Source of the DNA: Eledone cirrhosa
Taxonomy: Eukaryota
DNA length: 64,000 nucleotides
Assembly (NCBI GenBank): GCA_964016885.1
Contig: OZ024740.1
Coordinates: 439,270,001-439,334,000, forward strand
Reading direction: 5' to 3'
The notes under the pieces are model-generated. The model searched no databases. It saw only the letters and a program-made list of their open reading frames with translations, and was not told the DNA's origin. Of the stretch, positions 59,201-64,000 are shown one piece after another (position 1 is the stretch's first letter; each line of letters starts with the position of its first letter). Both the position numbers and the translations under genes were made by a program.

Positions 59201-62200
59201 TAAGAAACCACATCTATCCATCTTAGACACACTCACCCCAGCCACGGCTAAGAAACCACATCTATCCATCTTAGACACACTCACACCAGCCACGGCTAAG
59301 AAACCACATCTAGCCATCTTAGACACCCTCAACCCAGCCACAGCTAAGAAACCACATCTACCCATCTTAGACACCCTCAACCCAGCCACGGCTAAGAAAC
59401 CACATCTACCCATCTTAGACACACTCACCCCGGCCACGGCTAAGAAACCACATCTACCCATCTTAGACACACTCACCCCAGCCACGGCTAAGAAACCACA
59501 TCTACCCATCTTAGACACACTCACCACAGCCACGGTTAAGAAACCACATCTACCCATCTGAGACACACTCACCCCAGCCACGGCTAAGAAACCACATCTA
59601 GCCATCTGAGACACACTCACCACAGCCACGGTTAAGAAACCACATCTACCCATCTGAGACACACTCACCCCAGCCACGGCTAAGAAACCACATCTAGCCA
59701 TCTTAGACACATTCACCCCAGCCACAGCTAAGAAACCACATCTAGCCATCTTAAACACACTCACCCCAGCCACAGCTAAGAAACCACATCTAGCCATCTT
59801 AGACACACTCTCCCCAGCCACAGCTAAGAAACCACATCTAGCCATCTTAGACACACTCTCCCCAGCCACAGCTAAGAAACCACATCTAGCCATCTTAGAC
59901 ACACTCACCCCAGCCACAGCTAAGAAACCACATCTAGCCATCTTAAACACACTCACCCCAGCCACGGCTAAGAAACCACATCTAGCCATATTAGACACAC
60001 TCTCCCCAGCCACAGCTAAGAAACCACATCTAGCCATCTTAGACACACTCACCCCAGCCACAGCTAAGAAACCACATCTAGCCATCTTAAACACACTCAC
60101 CCCAGCCACGGCTAAGAAACCACATCTAGCCATCTTAGACACACTGACCCCAGCCACGGCTAAGAAACCACATCTAGCCATCTTAGACACACTCACCCCA
60201 GCCACGGCTAAGAAACCACATCTAGCCATCTTAGACACACTCACCCCAGCCACGGCTAAGAAACCACATCTAGCCATCTTAGACACACTGACCCCAGCCA
60301 CGGCTAAGAAACCACATCTACCCATCTTAGACACACTCACCCCCAGCCACGGCTAAGAAACCACATCTACCCATCTGAGACACACTCACCCCAGCCACGG
60401 CTAAGAAACCACATCTAGCCATCTTAGACACACTCACCCCAACCACGGCTAAGAAACCACATCTAGACATCTGAGACACACTCACCCCAGCCACGGCTAA
60501 GAAACCACATCTACCCATCTGAGACACACTCACCCCAGCCACGGCTAAGAAACCACATCTAGACATCTGAGACACACTCACCCCCAGCCACGGCTAAGAA
60601 ACCACATCTACCCATCTGAGACACACTCACCCCAGCCACGGCTAAGAAACCACATCTAGCCATCTTAGACACACTCACCCCAGCCACGGCTAAGAAACCA
60701 CATCTAGCCATCTGAGACACACTCACACCAGCCACAGCTAAGAAACCACATCTACCCATCTTAGACACACTCACCCCCAGCCACGGCTAAGAAACCACAT
60801 CTAGCCATCGGAGACACTCTCACCCCAGGCACGGCTAAGAAACCACATCTAGCCATCTTAGACACACTCACACCAGCCACGGCTAAGAAACCACATCTAG
60901 CCATCGGAGACACACTCACCCCAGCCACGGCTAAGAAACCACATCTAGCCATCTTAGACACACTCACCCCAGCCAAGGCTAAGAAACCACATCTAGACAT
61001 CTTAGACACACTCACCCCAGTCACGGCTAAGAAATCACATCTAGCCATCGGAGACACTCTCACACCAGCCACGGCTAAGAAACCACATCTAGCCATCGGA
61101 GACACTCTCACCCCAGCCACGGCTAAGAAACCACATCTAGCCATCTGAGACACACTCACACCAGCCACGGCTAAGAAACCACATCTAGCCATCGGAGACA
61201 CTCTCACCCCAGCCACGGCTAAGAAACCACATCTAGCCATCTGAGACACACTCACACCAGCCACGGCTAAGAAACCACATCTAGCCATCGGAGACACTCT
61301 CACCCCAGCCACGGCTAAGAAACCACATCTAGCCATCTTAGACACACTCACACCAGCCACGGCTAAGAAACCACATCTAGCCATCGGAGACACACTCACC
61401 CCAGCCACGGCTAAGAAACCACATCTAGCCATCGGAGACACTCTCACCCCAGCCACAGCTAAGAAACCACCTCTAGCCATCGGAGACACTCTCACCCCAG
61501 CCACGGCTAAGAAACCACATCTACCCATCTTAGACACACTCACCCCAGCCACGGCTAAGAAACCACATCTAGCCATCGGAGACACTCTCACCCCAGCCAC
61601 GGCTAAGAAACCACATCTACCCATCTTAGACACACTCACCCCAGCCACGGCTAAGAAATCACATCTAGCCATCGGAGACACTCTCACCCCAGCCACGGCT
61701 AAGAAACCACATCTAGCCATCTTAAACACACTCACCCCAGCCACGGCTAAGAAACCACCTCTAGACATCTGAGACAGACTCACCCCAGCCAGGCCTAAGA
61801 AACCACATCTAGCCATCTTAGACACACTCACACCAGCCACGGCTAAGAAACCACATCTAGCCATCGGAGACACTCTCACCCCAGCCACGGCTAAGAAACC
61901 ACATCTAGCCATCTTAAACACACTCACCCCAGCCACGGCTAAGAAACCACATCTAGACATCTGAGACACACTCACCCCAGCCACGGCTAAGAAACCATAT
62001 CTACCCATCTTAGACACACTCACCCCAGCCACGGCTAAGAAACCACATCTAGCCATCTGAAACACACTCACCCCAGCCACGGCTAAGAAATCACATCTAG
62101 CCATCTTAGACACACTCACCCCAGCCACGGCTAAGAAACCACATCTAGACATCTGAGACACACTCACTCCAACCACGGCTAAGAAACCACATCTAGCCAT

Positions 62201-63429
62201 CTTAGACACACTCACCCCAGCCACGGCTAAGAAACCACATCTAGACATCTTAGACACACTCACCCCAGCCACGGCTAAGAAACCACATCTAGACATCTTA
62301 GACACACTCACCCCAGCCACGGCTAAGAAACCACATCTAGACATCTTAGACACACTCACCCCAGCCACGGCTAAGAAACCACATCTAGACATCTTAGACA
62401 CACTCACCCCAGCCACGGCTAAGAAACCACATCTACCCATCTTAGACACACTCACCCCAGCCACGGCTAAGAAACCACATCTAGCCATCTTAGACACACA
62501 CACCCCAACCACGGCTAAGAAACCACATCTAGCCATCTTAGACACACTCACCCCAGCCACGGCTAAGAAACCACATCTAGCCATCTTAGACACCCTCACC
62601 CCAGCCACAGCTAAGAAACCACATCTAGACATCTTAGACACACTGACCCCAGGCACGGCTAAGAAACCACATCTAGCCATCTTAGACACACACACCCCAG
62701 CCACGGCTAAGAAACCACATCTAGCCATCTTAGACACACTCACCCCAGCCACGGCTAAGAAACCACATCTAGCCATCTTAGACACACTCACCCCAGCCAC
62801 GGCTAAGAAAACACATTTACCCATCTTAGACACACTCACCCCAGCCACAGCTAAGAAACCACATCTAGCCATCATCTTAGACGCACTCACCCCAGCCACG
62901 GCTAAGAAACCACATCTATCCATCTTAGACACACACACCCCAGCCACAGCTAAGAAACCACATCTAGCCATCTGAGACACACTCAACCCAGCCACGGCTA
63001 AGAAACCACATCTAGCCATCTTAGACACCCTCACCCCAGCCACGGCTAAGAAAACACATCTAGCCATCTTAGACACACTTACCCCAGCCACGGCGAAGAA
63101 ACCACATCTAGCCATCTGAGACACACTCACCCGAGCCACGGCTAAGAAACCACATCTAGCCATCTGAGACACACTGACCCCAGCCACGGCTAAGAAACCA
63201 CATCTAGACATCTGAGACAGACTCACCCCAGCCACAGCGAAGAAACCACATCTAGCCATCTAAGACACACTGACCCCAGCCACGGCTAAGAAACCACATC
63301 TAGACATCTGAGACAGACTCACCCCAGCCACAGCGAAGAAACCACATCTAGCCATCTGAGACACACTGACCCCAGCCACGGCTAAGAAACCACATCTAGC
63401 CATCTTAGACAAATTCACACCAGCCACGG

Positions 63430-64000
63430 CTAAGAAACCACATCTACCCATCTTAGACACCCTCAACCCAGCCACGGCTAAGAAACCACATCTACCCATC
63501 TTAGACACCCTCTCCCCAGCCACGGCTAAGAAACCACATCTATCCATCTTAGACACCCTCAACCCAGCCACAGCTAAGAAACCACATCTACCCATCTTAG
63601 ACACCCTCAACCCAGCCACGGCTAAGAAACCACATCTATCCATCTTAGACACCCTCAACCCAGCCACAGCTAAGAAACCACATCTACCCATCTTAGACAC
63701 CCTCTCCCCAGCCACGGCTAAGAAACCACATCTATCCATCTTAGACACCCTCAACCCAGCCACAGCTAAGAAACCACATCTACCCATCTTAGACACCCTC
63801 AACCCAGCCACGGCTAAGAAACCACATCTATCCATCTTAGACACCCTCAACCCAGCCACAGCTAAGAAACCACATCTACCCATCTTAGACACCCTCAACC
63901 CAGCCACGGCTAAGAAACCACATCTATCCATCTTAGACACCCTCAACCCAGCCACAGCTAAGAAACCACATCTACCCATCTTAGACACCCTCTCCCCAGC
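63430..64000 (+). repeat. Dimeric (96-bp) higher-order tract
   Basis: Alternation of TACCC...ACGG and TATCC...ACAG monomers, all carrying ACCCTC (ORF track alternates KMGR/KMDR). The CTCTCC variant occurs at about 63511, 63703 and 63991. Confidence 0.85.

Larger units (their letters stand above)
1..64000 (+). repeat. 48-bp tandem satellite / giant minisatellite array, about 1,330 head-to-tail monomers, extending beyond both window ends
   Basis: Consensus CACATCTAGCCATCTTAGACACACTCACCCCAGCCACGGCTAAGAAAC recurs with period 48 (e.g. CACATCTA at 1, 241, 481, 721, 961, 1201, 1441). Monomers differ by a few recurrent substitutions (GCC/GAC/CCC/TCC, CTTAG/CTGAG, CCAGCC/CCAACC/CCAGAC/CCAGTC, ACGG/ACAG, GCTAAG/GCGAAG). 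All monomers have the same orientation and there is no non-repeat DNA. Confidence 0.99.

Noticed and set aside
1166-63988. The giant minus-strand ORFs (up to 4,259 aa) as real CDSs
   Set aside because: They follow automatically from a 48-bp unit without a stop in that frame. Starts and stops fall at arbitrary monomers, there is no unique domain, and nonsense and frameshift monomers have been duplicated freely.
1-64000. CRISPR array, iteron array, or recombination-cassette array
   Set aside because: The whole 48 bp is repeated with no unique spacers or cassettes, and no cas, rep, integrase or reverse transcriptase gene is present.
1-64000. Telomeric repeat or G-quadruplex array suggested by the C/A versus G/T strand skew
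   Set aside because: There is no short telomere-type unit and only one G4 run per 48 bp on the minus strand, which is too sparse for a canonical quadruplex.
1-64000. Selenoprotein or programmed readthrough at the plus-frame TGA variant
   Set aside because: No SECIS-like or other unique element is visible, TAA stops and frameshifts also occur, and TTA/TGA behaves like any other monomer polymorphism.
1-64000. Variant order as an information-bearing code or a diversity-generating system
   Set aside because: The order is explained by nested duplication and conversion, as in ordinary minisatellite variant repeat maps. There is no adenine-specific mutagenesis pattern and no associated machinery in the window.
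1-64000. The whole array as a sequencing concatemer or synthetic artefact
   Set aside because: The hierarchy of shared private SNPs and indels at consistent offsets indicates real evolutionary history. Individual near-identical duplications could still be assembly errors.

Overview
The whole 64-kb window is one uninterrupted head-to-tail tandem array of about 1,330 copies of a 48-bp monomer (consensus, + strand: CACATCTAGCCATCTTAGACACACTCACCCCAGCCACGGCTAAGAAAC; 52% GC, 73% A+C). It runs off both ends. I see no unique sequence, inversion, transposon, RNA gene or CRISPR spacer. The long minus-strand ORFs (16-aa unit MARCGFLAVAGVSVSK) are most simply explained by a 48-bp unit with no stop in that frame. 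About 15 stops and about 13 frameshifting monomers break that frame and have been copied along with later duplications. The informative signal is the order of variant monomers. It shows nested duplications (periods of 96 bp, 768 bp, about 2 kb, 2.5-3.7 kb, 5,236 bp and 5.5-6.3 kb), one crossover that maps to 4 bp, an out-of-register junction, a patch copied from a non-adjacent site, and rare variants shared only by the two ends of the window. It looks like a eukaryotic satellite or giant minisatellite; I cannot assign the organism or family. I found no well-supported new gene system. All counts and coordinates were read by eye.
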